From Balanoglossus misakiensis (lineage: Eukaryota > Animalia > Hemichordata), in contig CM082584.2 of the NCBI GenBank assembly GCA_040954595.2, positions 12,368,875-12,432,874 on the forward strand: a DNA stretch of 64,000 bases. The letters are read 5' to 3'. Below, piece after piece: positions 12,101-26,000 of the stretch. The position numbers were made by a program, and so were the translations under genes. A model generated the notes under the pieces. That model was not told the origin of the DNA. It searched no databases and saw only the letters and a program-made list of their open reading frames with translations. How positions within the stretch are numbered: position 1 is the stretch's first letter; each line of letters starts with the position of its first letter.

Positions 12101-14033
12101 ATGTGTTTGTTCAATCCATCTCTTCATCCTAGTAATTTTCTGACGTCTGTCGATTAATATTTTGAATAGGGTGACTTTTTAGCTTATGCCTTTATCTGCT
12201 CCTTGTCTGCGTTTGAGATTGAAGGTTGTGACAATCTCGGTATTAACCTTTGAAAATTCTGTTTGATAATAATATCACTGGGCTTCGTCTGATGCCGTCT
12301 GTCTGCGTGTTCAGTTACCCAATCCTGAAAAGCGCACACCACAACTACAAAAGAAAATAACCAACACGAAAGCAACAGCACAAATCATTTCCTCCGATGT
12401 TGTATTAACTTTGGATTTGCGGTATCTGTTCGAGGGGGATACAAATAGCAACGAGATACCACTGCTTTCGGAGAATTCGGGATGCACTCTGATTCATTTG
12501 AAAGCTCGCAAAGACTGTTCCCGGAATCGAATTACCCACAAACATAAACGTCACGATATCACCATATCCCGAGATAAGGTTTGTGCCTTTTTATCTTAAG
12601 GGGACACACACTCCCGAGATAAGGTCTCATTTGTTATTAGTCTTTTGAGGACGGAAATCACCTGTATATCCCTCACCCAGGTTCAAAAGTGCCTCAACAA
12701 TGTCCTCGCGACTAAGTAGCTGATCAGATACCAACAGAAATGCGAAAAATGGGGAAATTAGCCGCGTCTTTGGGGGAATGGAAAACATGTACCGTAGTTT
12801 GCCGGGTAAGAGCCCCGGGTGCTGGGCCAACAGATTAGCGAAAAAACAGGGGGGGGCTTTAGCCCGGATATGGCCTCGAGATTTATGCAAATGAGGGATG
12901 GCCACCTCGACTTTTATGCAAATTTTTGAGTGGTTCATTCTCCGAGTCCAAGTCGGGATCTTCCAATGTTGGGTGTTTCGCGTCGAGGACGGACTGAAGC
13001 AGCTCCACGCGGCCGCTTTGGAAAGCTCCCCGGTGACCTCACACGCGGCAGCGCGTCCATCTACGTGATCGTTGAATTCGAGGCACGGTCCCGAGGGACC
13101 TGTCTGAGGTCATGTTTTCTAGAGCGGCTATATATAACTCAGCGTGGCCAGTCGGCCGCGGTGGGTACGATAATCAGCGCGAAAGTAAATCATCATACAT
13201 TTTTTTTTTCACTTTTAGTGACTTTGGGGATGAAAATCCGCCTTTTTTGCATTGCACTTTATTAAATTTCCAAGAATTTAATGGATATTCGGCCGGGGGG
13301 GGGGGGGGGGGGGGGGGGCTTTAGACCGGATATGGCCTCGATCTACAAATGGGCCCTAAAACCAGGGGGGGCGTTTGTCCGAGCAGGGGTTCTTACCCGG
13401 CAAACTACGGTATGAACATTTAATCTTGTCGTGTGGCCCAAGCGATTCAACTGAAGTAAATTTAATCACCAGATTGTCCATTTTCTGACGATAGATTGGC
13501 TGCATTTCTCAAGATAACATAAGGCAGTTTGAAATATCAAATGACATCTGACCATTACTCCTGGGTCGCTCATTAAGACCTAGAACCTACCTCCGACCGC
13601 TTTGGAGTTTATCTTGAGGAAAACCCGAAGGTCAAAAAACGTAGAAAGGAAACTCGGACACAAATTTTGTAGATTTAATCCAAAATGAACTTAGTCCATT
13701 TAACACATAAAGCATCTGAATTGAAATGTAATTAAATGCATCGTTTATCAGGTTTAACTTCTTTCATGTGTGACACTTTCGATTCAAAACGTCGTTTTTA
13801 TAAATAAATGGTACAGTTTGAGGCATGTTTCCCTGTTGGACAAAAGAATACTTTGAGATGATCCATTGCAATGCAGCCGCAGTGTGTTTATGTTCTTGAT
13901 GAGCGGCTTCTCAAGTCTTGTCAAGTCGCCGAAGCGCTGCCATATTTGTTTCCGTGAAGAGGAAATATGAGATCGACTTACCTGAAAGAACGCCGAGGAG
14001 AAGAATGGACACGTAGAAACAAATGTTTGCCAT
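197..14033 (-). CDS. Neuropeptide/prohormone precursor with repeated KR-VFWV(D/E)-KK peptides, encoded by microexons; 3' end lies beyond the left edge of the window
   Basis: Coding exons in minus-strand order, all bounded by AG/GT and joined in phase 1: 14033-13982 (MANICFYVSILLLGVLS), 4041-3982 (VHAAPARQEKNIDKRDTSKR), 2534-2502 (VFWVEKKNADL), 1863-1843 (ENADEKR), 1620-1597 (VFWVDKKN), 1445-1419 (APAEDLDKR), 1210-1166 (VFWVEKKDNGLYGDL), 1007-993 (DAAKR), 815-783 (VFWVDKKDAKA), 569-552 (DDKDKR), 408-373 (VFWVDKKDASAT), 214-197 (GDQDKR). A hydrophobic N-terminal signal peptide, dibasic convertase sites, repeated short peptides and acidic spacers are classic precursor architecture. The link between the 14-kb exon and the rest is inferred from phase compatibility and the continuous signal peptide (…LLLGVLSVHA/AP). 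Confidence 0.88.
712..743. repeat. (CATT)n microsatellite, intronic
   Basis: cattcattcatttattcattcattcattcatt. Confidence 0.85.
12790..13412. mobile_element. Non-autonomous DNA transposon (MITE), Tc1/mariner-pogo-like, TA target-site duplication
   Basis: The left end TA-CCGTAGTTTGCCGGGTAAGAGCCCC (12790-12816) and right end GGGGTTCTTACCCGGCAAACTACGG-TA (13386-13412) are 25-bp inverted repeats with 1 mismatch, flanked by TA. There is an internal direct repeat gggggggctttag(c/a)ccggatatggcctcga (~12849-12879 and ~13312-13341). It is GC-rich relative to its flanks and has no transposase ORF. Confidence 0.88.
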
Positions 14034-14042
14034 AGTTAGGAC
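13982..14042 (-). CDS. Signal-peptide exon of the VFWVD precursor (9 nt UTR, then ATG at 14033)
   Basis: Acceptor ctcttctgttttgtctctag|GTCCTAACT ATG GCA AAC ATT TGT TTC TAC GTG TCC ATT CTT CTC CTC GGC GTT CTT TCA G|gtaagt. The acceptor before the ATG implies an upstream non-coding exon. Confidence 0.8.
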
Positions 14043-17000
14043 CTAGAGACAAAACAGAAGAGAGTAGGGTTGAGAATTCTGAGTCTCAAATGTCATGCGC
14101 ACAACAGGCACCAGAGTTCTGAAGTCACAATGATCGGCGTCATATGCTAATGAGACGTTCGGATTTTACATGTTTTGTGAGGGCATTGAAAACGCTTTAA
14201 GGTTAGAAACTGGCAATGGGTTTCATGTCCCGTTTGTTGTTGGAACGAACAAAATACATCCATGGACGGTTTAAAAAGACATAGAGGTAACCATCCGTGC
14301 TTAAACGTGATAATGGCTAATGACGCATGGAATGTTCCGTAGGTTTTACGCAGGGAGAGTGTTTAACTCCTAGTTGGGGGCTGAGAAGGCCGTTACCAAG
14401 TAGGGGAATCATACATGGATTGATTCTGCTCTACGTGCACAGTACAAATGGTTGAAAGTCGGCGGTAGCCTTTTAAGATGTTCTTGGCATATTCCCTAAA
14501 GTCAACTAAGTCACGAAGAACTAATTTTGATCTCCGCGACAACTGTTTCTCGAGCAATCAGTTCCTGTGACATTATTCTGGAAAAGTCTGTTTTAACCAT
14601 GAAAGGCCCATTTCTCATATTGTTGTTTCCCAAAGACGACGAAAGTGGAGTAACTAGAATAATAGCGTAAGAATGAGGGGGTTACCTATGATTAAAGAAC
14701 TGCGTAAACTTCACTAAGATACAGTTAAATGAAACATTCTGACGCGCTATATTTGTGATATATTCAACGGAACGTGATTGATATAATAGTTGCAATGGCA
14801 AATGACCCTGAGATATCTTGGTCGGATTTGTAAACCGTTGCCTTTTCATGATTTAGATTTCTTGTAAAAATAAAAACCCATCGTGCCAAACAATTGAAAC
14901 AGTCTTCAGACCGAAAAATTTGTCACGAAAGACACCCCCGGGAAAGCTCTAACTGTATTAACACTTTTCTACACCCCGGAATTTTTGCGAGCAGACTACA
15001 ATATTGGTCCCGCCTTTGTCACCGCTCCTACTGCATCTTGGGAAAATGTTTATGTATTCTCATACTCAAATACATGCAATTACAAAGAATTTTCTCAGAA
15101 CAACGCGTTGTTTAGCTACGTTTTTTCATGGTGGATTTTGTGTTCGGTAAAATGCTTTATTCTAGACGAAAGTGAAGTAGAGATTTCTTGCTGTGCATTC
15201 CTTTGGAAATAAATAAGAGTTAGTCACATTTTGAGGAGTATTAGTGACTAAACTTCTACACCGTGAACGCCTTTACTACATGTACATCCATTTTAGTTTG
15301 AGACTACCGCTAGAAAATCAAGCTTGTTATCTGCGCAGTGAGAGTAGATATCTTTCTGGACAACCCCTTTTCGCGGTAATGCCTTTTGATCAATTGCCAC
15401 TGATCAGTTCATGGGGTGTTATCAAGATTGATGGCATCATCTGATAAGGAGGGGAAAAACAACTTCAAACCGACGCCAGATGCTACCAATGACGCGGAAG
15501 GAGGAAATAAATGGACGTGCATCGACCAGGCCTTTCTGGGGGAGGGGATGTGTGGCGTTGTTTTCGAGTTCAGGAAACTTATCTGATGCTCGGTTAACTG
15601 ATCGTATCACCGGTGTTGCATGAATCCAACCGTCATCAGTTTTGGAAAGATTATGTCTTGATTGCGCACTTACTGTGCAAGTGCCACCTCTAGTCGCCTT
15701 TACTGATTTGGAGATATCCAAATGCTCCTAAAAAGATAACAGGGTGATCTTGGTGTGTTTTTTCTGTTTTATACGACATGAAAAGTCAAGTGATGTTATT
15801 CAAATGATTCATTATCTGTATCTGTAACTCGGAAGACGGATTATCCAACCGTTTGGCGATACTTTTAGTCTACGGATTCTCTACCAGGTCAGCCTTGTCC
15901 GCGGTTTTACTCTATAAAGATGACCTTTGGAAATGTATCTGAGCGTAAGCTGATATGTGGGTGGTCGGCTGGATGGCTATTTGCTATTTGGTCCAGAAGG
16001 AGCTAAAGAAAAGAAAATCCATTCAACGAAATATCGCTTGATTCTTTGATAAAAGTGACATTTTGTGTGTAAATTCTCTAACGTAACGACCTTTTTTTAA
16101 CAAAGCAACAGAGCTGGACTTAATAACATTTCACACCACATGTTTTTAAGTTCTGAAGTTCCAATTGTCCATCCCGTAATAATTCGCCAGTACTCATTCC
16201 CACCTAAATGCGCGCACACGAAGTTAATGAAAGCATTTATTGTACACAGAGAGACGAGGGTGTATATGCTACACAATATATTCATAGATTATGCCTCAAA
16301 ACCTTGAAAATAAATCGAATTTGACGTTTATGGGATAGGAACTAAATTCTTATTTCCTTTCTCGGTATTATTGTTGCTTATCAAGTTAGCAAGCATTTTA
16401 GTTAGTGAAGTTGGTCGATTGAAAGCAAACACGAAATACAATTTTCCCAATTTCCTTTCCACAAGATACTCTGAGGACATTTTTCCCAAGGCATAATTTC
16501 CTGTACAATTATTTTTGTCGTATTTATCTTTCATTCCATTCATTTATTCCCCAAACATGAACAATAAATCAGATGGCAGTCTAATCAACCAAGTAAATAC
16601 AAGGCATGCAAAGGGATAGGTGGACAGACAGACAAACAGATAAATATTACTGAAATCATATATTTTACTGTAACAGTCAGCAGTCTGATATTCCTCATTC
16701 AAATACTTCCTATCGCAACGTAACTGAAGGCCAGTTTTTGTTGTTTTTTGTGGTCACAGCTTGTCAAGCCGTTTCGATTTGCAATAAATTGGCACCGAGA
16801 ATCCTTGACTGTTGAACAGGACATCTGGTTGAGATTCATTAGAGCAAAATGTCCACAAAGTTCCGGGCTAATGCTGTATAACATATCAAAATCATTCAAA
16901 CGATTCAGTATTGCCTTCCGGACCATGTGTCCAAGCCTTCGTGTTGTTTGAATGAAATCTCTTGTCCAGTCTATTGGCTTCTGTTTCATTGGCGACCATC

Positions 17001-20000
17001 AGATTCTGTCAGCGCAACTATTAATCCTTCCCTTATTAGTAGTACCTCTGTGCGACTTTGTCAATATTAGATTAGATGAACGTCTGGAAATCGATTCCTC
17101 GGCGACCTTCTGTTTACGCCTATGATTCCTTCAACTCTTAGTCTAAATATGGTGTGGGTGTATAAGGGTCTGTCTGCTCTAGCTGAAGATTGCTCATAGG
17201 TTAGCCTTTTTGGCGGGAAAGGTAAAATCAAAGACGACAGGTGCAATAAAATCCCAACATATCTTACTTCGTCATTACTCATTTCGCACCTTTCCGTTGT
17301 AATCAATCAAATTCTTTGTCTAGCAATATTGGGAATTATGTCAACAACCCTTTCCACCAACAAAACTGTAATCGGCCCATTTATGCACCGTGCATAACCA
17401 AAATAAAACGTAAAGTAACTACGTATATACAACATATGTTAACCGTGAGCACTTGAATGACTTTGTATAAGGCTTAGTGCCGTTGAGTCAGATGGTGTAA
17501 GTGTACTGGACGTGGCTATATTGTACACCTTTGGGGATCACTTCATCAAATCATCCAATTTCGGACTGTCTCAAAACTCCCTGAAACATCACCCATTTAG
17601 AAGGTGTAGAGAAGAATGCAAATCTTATATTTCTGTCCTGAGTAGTGTTTCGAACGCACTGAAGCGGGTTTGCTCTTTGCGGGAACATCCCTAATCCCTT
17701 ATTTATCTTGGAGAAAGTCTCTTTTTTATCTTTACTTTCACGCCTTTTTACTTCCCACTTCACCTTACAATCTGAAAAGAGCTGTCCACAACATCAGCCC
17801 GAGGCAGACGTAATTTTGACAAGTGGCGTGAATGACATTTGGCTGTTTGACATTGCTTGGTAAAGCTTCGTCAAGATTTGACTACGATAAACGTGCACGA
17901 GTAATCCAAGTGTGTAAGTAGTTGACGCGCCAGAGGAATTTCGCATGTCAGATCTTCTCTGTATCGCGTGACCTATCCTTCAGTAAGTGGCACCCCCAGT
18001 TGACTGCTCTTCCGGAATGCGTCCCAGAACACATTTTCACTTTCAAAACTGGCGAAATATATCGTTTGATTTTCGATGGACATCACAGAATTCACAGTGT
18101 TGTCTGAGCAGACAGACTGCGATTGCTTCTGAAGCAGTATTCAAAGCTTGAAGAATGTGATGAGTATACCGACGTGTTTATCCGGTACTAGAAGCATTTT
18201 TCTGTTTGCGAAAAATATTACATCAAATATAAGTCATGCCTTCTTTTTCAACTAATGCACGGAAAAGATGTTTTGACAAAATCGCTTGCCCACGCAATGG
18301 TTTGAATTTGACATGAAGTAGGAGTGTCTTCAACTCAAAGCAGACAACAAATCAAGTCAGGAGGTTGCCCTCTGCTCAGCATGGTGTCTTTTGACGAGAC
18401 ACAAAAGAGGAAAATTTCCATGCGAATGGAAATATCGCTGATATAGAATTCACGCATGCGACGTGAGATGCCGTGGCATTGACTTTCGTAAGGCCACTGT
18501 ATATTCGGAACTGTCTCGCTAGATTTTCATTCTTTATAATCCTACCTCCCCCTCGCACAAATTTGATCGAGGACAGATTCGTTTTTCATTGCGTGACATC
18601 ACACAAAGCAAATACATGTAATAGATTTACGTAATACTACATGCAGATACCTCGCATGAGTGACGAAGAGTGCAAAGCTGGCTCAGTTATATCTAACAAG
18701 TATCTGGTGAAAGAGATTTGCTTTCTTGTGTCAGCGAATCAAACCTCCCCCTAGATTGTCTTTGAGTCGATGTGAACTATGAACTATTACTATTAATAGA
18801 TATGAATGGGAAAGGAAATGGCAAAGAAAGTCACTTAATGCCCTTAATCAAAATCTAATTTAGCTTTCAAAACGTATCCACTTCGTCTGAATGAAGAAAA
18901 GCCAGTCAAGACAGAAAGGCTTACCTTGGAGGGAATGGGGATCAGAGTTGGTCAGCAACAAAACGGGTAACGGTTAATCGCGTTTCTGTGGCATTTTGCG
19001 TTGAGATGGGAATGAAATAGCGGGATTAAGTTGAGCAAGAATGACTGTCAGCGAAGCGGTGTCAGTCGCCATGTTCCAATATGTGCATTTGAGCGACATC
19101 GGTCCAACTACATGTACTTGGAACCGGGTATTGTTATTTCTGCACTGAAAGGATGTGTTGTCTCTCATTTAAACCCTCCATGAGAGAGAGTGATTTTCGC
19201 GGAACAATGTTCACATCATTTTATTTCACAGTTAATTTTACCGACGGTGCGCAAAGTATAAAGTATTCAGTGCTGAGGTTTTGCACACAAAAAGGATAAC
19301 GTTCACAAAACTCAGTTCTCGTAAAAAAAACTAATCGAGCGCAGGGAAGAATCGACGTAGCAGAAAACGTGCTTTACAGGAAGAAATCAGCGAAAGCATG
19401 ACATTTTTATTAAAAGATAATCTGCCATGAAATCCTCTTATGCAAATATGACGTCTTTTTGTGGGGGGTTCTTGCGATGACGCCTGATTTACCAATTGAT
19501 TTCGGAGGAATCCGGGATAATAGTAAACGATACCTGAGAGAAGGAATGAGTGTACACCAGGCGGATAAAATCAATCATAGTCTGCGGAAACTCCTTGGTA
19601 GTCTGCTCCGGTTCTACCGTTGATATAATTACCGGGTTTTAGGTGCAGCTGAGGCGTTTTTACGAGTCTTTGATTGCCCGCTGCACAACAAGGTCTGTGG
19701 CTATTAAATTAACCGAGAGCGTGGCCGTTAGACGTTCAAGTAAGCAACTCTTTAATTGGAGTCGCGTTCATGATAGCGACGCGCAAACAATATGGCGCGT
19801 CATTCCATTTCGATGGCTGCCACCTTGGAAATTGAATGGAAAGCCAAGATCGTGCCGGAAGTGCACATTTGTCTGAAATAGAGACCATGCTTCGCAGGCG
19901 ATTTTCAAAGTGTTTAATAATTATAAAGACGTCAACTTCTGATGGTAAATTTAGTAAAAAATATAAATAAACCTAGTACCGGTAATATGTAAGCTATGAA

Positions 20001-23000
20001 AACTGACCGGCAAACATCAATATTGAATTTTAGTTTAATCGAGAGGATATCTTAGAATGTATACTAAAATGGTACTGTTGCAATGCTTTGTAAGAGTCTA
20101 TGCCTTCTAGATTGTTCATGAGAAGTTCGTAAAGTTTGGCGTGACGCCGTCGGGGATAGCTCGACTTCCGGCGGTATCTTGAGGATGGTTGGTTTACATG
20201 ATAGCTGTTACCATTTGCCCGCTTGGTCACGCTTGATCCTGTATCAGACAGTCGTCGAGGGAAATTAACCGTTCTCATGTTGCCTTTATGAAAGAGTAAC
20301 GCACAAAACACTTCGGTGCAGATGGACATATTTTTGTAAGGATAACACTTTCATTATTAGGTGTTGCACGCACACACTGCGAGAAATTACCTCTGGGGAT
20401 AATTAGCGCAAGGTGTGCTTCAACGAATGTTATTTTCAAACATCCCCTTGAAAACATCTTCAAGTACATTTACCGAATCTGCTGTTTTTGGGCTGTACGA
20501 TTATCTTTATCATAACGGAAAACTCTCTACCCAAAAGTTGATGGTCGTTGTTTTCGCGTACTAACCGATGTGTCGAATGTTAGCCGGTGATGTAATTGGG
20601 AGAGTCATTTACCTTGAAATTTCAAACGACGGCTTGTTCTGCTCAATTCAAATGCGACCAAGTGTTTCAGAGCGCAGGTGAATTGCTTGGTTTTATTCCC
20701 ACACACTGAAAGCCTCAGGCCATACACAGGTCTCTTATATTGAGTTAATTTTCGAGTTGTTTCTTCCCGCGCTAACAGAAAACGGCTGCCCGGGGAGAAG
20801 TTCGATTGCTGTTCATGTTAGTCATCTAATCAAAAGAATCGGTGTTCGGACTATATTTTATCCTGATATTAGTTTGGATAGTTTGGGTAATGAATTTGCG
20901 TGAGCAAAAATAATAGGAATTAAACCAGAAGATGCATCTGTGGATTCTGCCAGGGGGTTATTTTACGTAAAGGATGGTCTGTCTGTCTATTACTCTTGCT
21001 TTGAAAACCCATGAACTGACGTAACAAGCTATAGTCCCACTTCTGTTATAGAGAATTAGCCTATTCCTTGGGATGGTATATGGTACTGTACCGACATAAA
21101 AGTGTGGTGAATCTTGCAACAAATGGTGGAATGTTTTCGCAGCAAAACACTTCACCATCCCACAAGAAGACATCAAAATATCTCTGCTTTACATATGAAT
21201 ACATCATGAAGTACCCGAAGAACATGCCAAGGGCGTTCAAATTAATGCCCTGGCATTCGGAGACGATGCGGATTACTCTCTAAAGGAAGTAACGTAAAAG
21301 AACGGATGTTGGAAGTCTGGTATAGGGAATCATCTATGATTAGGATTATCATCCAATATTTAGATCAATTGTCAGCAGGTAGCATATTCAACTGGCCAGG
21401 GATCAAAGGAGTCATGTGAGCGTTTTAAATCGAATCAGGTGCTCGTGGACCCTAATGAGTAGATTTTCTTGTTAAGCTCCTTTTCGTCGGTTACACATCA
21501 GGCTATGAACGTCTCATTCCTTCACTGTTCAATGCGGCTAACACGCGATGATATGTCATACTCGTTTTAGTTATATTACTGTACATGAAGATGTAACCTT
21601 GGCAACATACAGGTATTGAGTATACAGAGAAAATGGCGTAAAGGCAATTTGCCTAAAATTCAACTGGTCTGAGAACACGCAAACTGGAACTTTTATTAAT
21701 CTGAAATCATACCCATGTGTAATACAAGATTATTAGATTTTTATTTACAGTTTTTAGATATAAGCGTGAACATTAATTAGGCTGGTCGATATGAAACTGA
21801 TTACTTGTACTATTTACTTTTTTTATTTCACTAATTAAATACATTATGTAGTTACTATTCATGTTTTTATGCAATATACACTTTGAAATCTTAATAGTAT
21901 TAGATATTCATTCGCTGTAATTTCCGAGGGATTAGTATTGCAGTAAATTACACAAAATGCAATTTCATAGAACAATTTATTTTTTCTAAAGCAATTATCA
22001 CACGGCCGCTGGATCCATCGCCCAGGGTTGTGCTGGACTGAGCAATAACTACTTTCCTTTCCTCGGGGTCTGTTGGTTATACATATAAATACCCGTTCCA
22101 GGAGGGTTTTAATAGTCCAGAGCCATAAGAAACTTCTTGTCCATTCTTTTAGTTTGTGAAGTAAGTATCCTGTCCAGAAAGGGGCGATGCTGCTCACTGT
22201 TATCAAGTTTTATACTGGACGACATATTAACAAAAGTTCAAACCCATTCAACATATTAATTTGGAACGAGATGACATCACAATTCCTGAGTAACAAAGTA
22301 ACAAAACTAAGAGCAATGACTTGAAATATGCTGCGTAGACAGCGTTCGAGAAAGCATAGTTGCACCATCTGTCTCCAAGGCACGGTGATTTTTGAAAAGG
22401 TGCAGTTACAGTGTTTCTAAAAGGCTATGGTTTGAGGGAGAATGTTGCATTTATCGTTATCACATGCTCAGCCATCAAAATACCATTTGCAAATCATGCC
22501 GCCCACAATTCCGAAATTGAATGGACCCGATCTTCTAGCACGCAATTTCGAAATTTGATGTGTGTACAAACAGCGATTCTGCCAATAAATGTCTGCAATT
22601 GCTGCCTGTATATAGAGACATGAAACAATAGCCAGGATGTCATATTGTGTAAAGAATAACCGTAGCAACAGCCTTACAAACATACAGAACACGCCTGTGA
22701 GTTTCCGGACTAATTTGCGGCTTTTTGTATTGGAAGGTTTTCAGGCTAACAATGGGCGAACAACAGGCTCTTTGGTTTGTATACACCGGAGACAGTTTTG
22801 ACACATGTGCGCTCGTAAACTGATCTTGAAAACGTCAGCTCTAGGGAAAAACACGTATACACTTTCATAGATAGTGGTAAATGGACAGAACCAAATTGAT
22901 ATTTTACGTGATTTACAAAAAATGTGCTTAAAAGCTGTGGGTGCCATCTTTTATGCTGGGTACTCGACAAATTCTAACGTTTTCTTTGGAAATAGATATG

Positions 23001-26000
23001 TCACTATATTAGCCATTCAGATCGCACATATTTTGACGGGAAAATGTCTGTGGTAACAACATACACTGTAGCTAGAGCTGCATAGTCTCTGAGATTCTTC
23101 ATGACACGATGTCTTTTACGTAAATTTGATGACTATAATGACCCGTGGAATCAGATGTCTAGTTTCGCTTACATCCATTTTAATCTTTAACTATTCATAT
23201 TTGTTTTTAAAAATCCCCTGAATAATTGATGCCCGTTTTATCACTGGAGCGGAACTTTTCTCATGCTCCCTATCTGACTCAACCAGAGTTACTTGAGGTG
23301 ACTCATAATTTCTTGATTGATATACACGAGAAAACACCATGCATTTTTAATGTTGTTCTTGATTTACTTTTTAAAACGAAATGTTATTCCTTTAATCATA
23401 TTTTGCATCAAGAGTGAAGAGTTTCCTATTTTCTATATAATATCAGCCGAACTCCGCTATTGCTGATTCTAGATACACGCTTCTGATTTTATTGTTTTTC
23501 TTAAATGCCACTCGCCCCCTTTAAACGACATAGTTCGAGCTAACTACAAGAGAATGGAATAGTTTTGAACTTAAAATCTTGCCGTGCTGTATTCGAATTA
23601 AATGTTAAACTCATCGCTCAAGGGAAAATACCACATGTACTTAACCGTACTTTAAATGTTGGGTAAATACCAACAGAAAAATGTTAAATCAAACGAAAGA
23701 ACATCTGTTATCTTTGTACTGTTAGTGATTTCTGTACCTTAGTAACCGCCACCGTGACTCTGGACATTTTAGGAGGCCGTGCGAGCGAACAAGCATACGA
23801 CAGAGAGAGGGGAGGGAAGAGAGACAGTGACAGAGACAGTCAGCCAAATAGACAGAGAGGGACAGAGCCAACAGGGACTAGTGGCAAGTATTTTTAAAGT
23901 AGAGAATATCCATCACGACTGTCATAATTTGTTTTCGTAGTTTCTTTAGAATAGGTTTCGTCTAGATAAATCTCAATGAATAATTATTGTTGTCAAAGTA
24001 CATGTATACACCGTTGTAAAATGAGCTATATACATGGAAACCATAAAATGTGCACAAATAAATCATATTTATGGTCTTATCACTTTGTCATTCATAACAG
24101 CGCTTACAAGTTGTTGAAGGTGTATGTGTTCGCTTAAACGTACCACAATCAAAACTTAGTCTAGTAAAGTGGAAAGTGACACAAAAAATTGTTTTATAAA
24201 ATGACATGTGATCTGAGGTCTACAACACTCTACAAGTGTAAAACTGTTTTAAGTAATCCAATACCTCTTAAATATTTCAAACCACTATAACTTAAGACAT
24301 TTGATCTTAAGTACAAGGTAGTATAACCTCGATGCACTTTGTATCCTCAAGAGCTCTTAAGATGCTACTCCGAGATTCTGATAAAGAAAGCGGAGGTGTC
24401 CGCTATTTACAGAGAGCCGACCCGACTACACATTCTATATGCTTTTTCACACCCTTTGAAGTTGAATCCCGCTGATCAGTTGTAAGCTTCGACGCCTTTG
24501 CCGCTAATGTGGCTGGCCGTGGCGTTTGCAAATTGGGAATTTAAATCACGTTGTTAGCTTTCCTCAGTTTTTCACTTCACGCTCAATAAATCCACCTTTT
24601 ACGAGAAGACAATAAAGTCCCAAAGATCTCAACAGTTTCGCGGATGGTTTTCGTCGAATAATTCGCCCGGTTATCATTATTTGATAGGCATACATCGCAC
24701 GCACGCAAGTTGTGTTGGCTGCCGCCGCGAGTCTCGGTGGCGGGGCCCAGAATTCGTGGCGACATATGCCACTGTGACAGGTCAAGGGCCAATCGGCGCC
24801 CTGCAGGTGGATCAAGTACCGTTGCGTTCATCGCTAGTAGCACGGTCCCTCCCCATTCTGGCAGTAAACTAAGTCGAATGCTTGTCAGCAAAATAGGTAA
24901 TATGATCTAGGTGATAGGTAATATGAATTGGATAGGTTTTCAAAACTATTCTTTATATATTATCGTGGACTGATTCAAACGAATCTCCAGCCAGGCTTAC
25001 AGAGAATATAACCATTCAATCGATGCCCATGTGTGTAAAATTATACATTCGGCATTGCTTTGTCTGTTTGTATTCCTTTCTATTGCAACACTATCACATT
25101 TTTCCTGTGCTCTTTGCCGACCTTATACTAATTACAAGACGATTCCATCAGGTCTCACCCGCTGATTATCGCACCCACAAGACCCGCAGTGAAAATCTAG
25201 AAGTCACTGTGGCATTAGACGCACGATTACTTTGATTCCAATAAATGATGTTCCAAGTCTCAACATTGGACATTCTCAAACTCAAAAACTCCCTGCATGT
25301 GGTTTAAAATGAGCACAAAACGTCGACATCTATTTTGGAAGAATGTATGTAAGCGCTATTACGAGAACAATCACTTTCACTTGCGTTTCAAGTCTTGAAA
25401 GGCCAGACGTCTTGGCAACGACTTGACATGATAACAGGTATTAAATAACCTAGCATTCCGCTTAATGCAAAATGTTCGTGTTTATCATTATTTAAAAATG
25501 GCAACTACGTGCATTCACGTAGTTTTCCAGATTTAACGATGTTCGGTGAGACAGGACTTATCTCTCGTGATATAAATTGGTAGTACCCTGTTTGATTCTT
25601 CATCTGTTTGCATACTTGCGTGTTTCCGTGTGTCAAATTAACACCGTCGCGCCATTAATTGCCTCGGCAGTGAAAAATCCAATCTTAAGAAGAACAGACT
25701 AACGCGGCAAAAAGACACTAATAATGACATATCCGGGCCATCGGTAATTTGTCACATTTTGCGACAGGCAAATGTCTGTGTAACACCTTTGAGTATATCT
25801 TGTTGTAAACGAATCCGTGACGGTTAAATAAGCGCCAATTCAGTGCAATTTTGTTCGTGTGTTCGACTCTGACTTTTTTATTACGAGACTGAGAGGAAAT
25901 CAACTGAGCCAAACTCATTTATCGAGGTTGTCATCTCTCGTGGCATTAGACACATTTCTCATGAATCCCTCCAGCCCTGGCATTTTGCCTCAGGCTGTTC

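Noticed and set aside
12627-13324. ORFs of 70-111 aa overlapping the MITE
   Set aside because: By-products of the GC-rich element; no DDE transposase motif.
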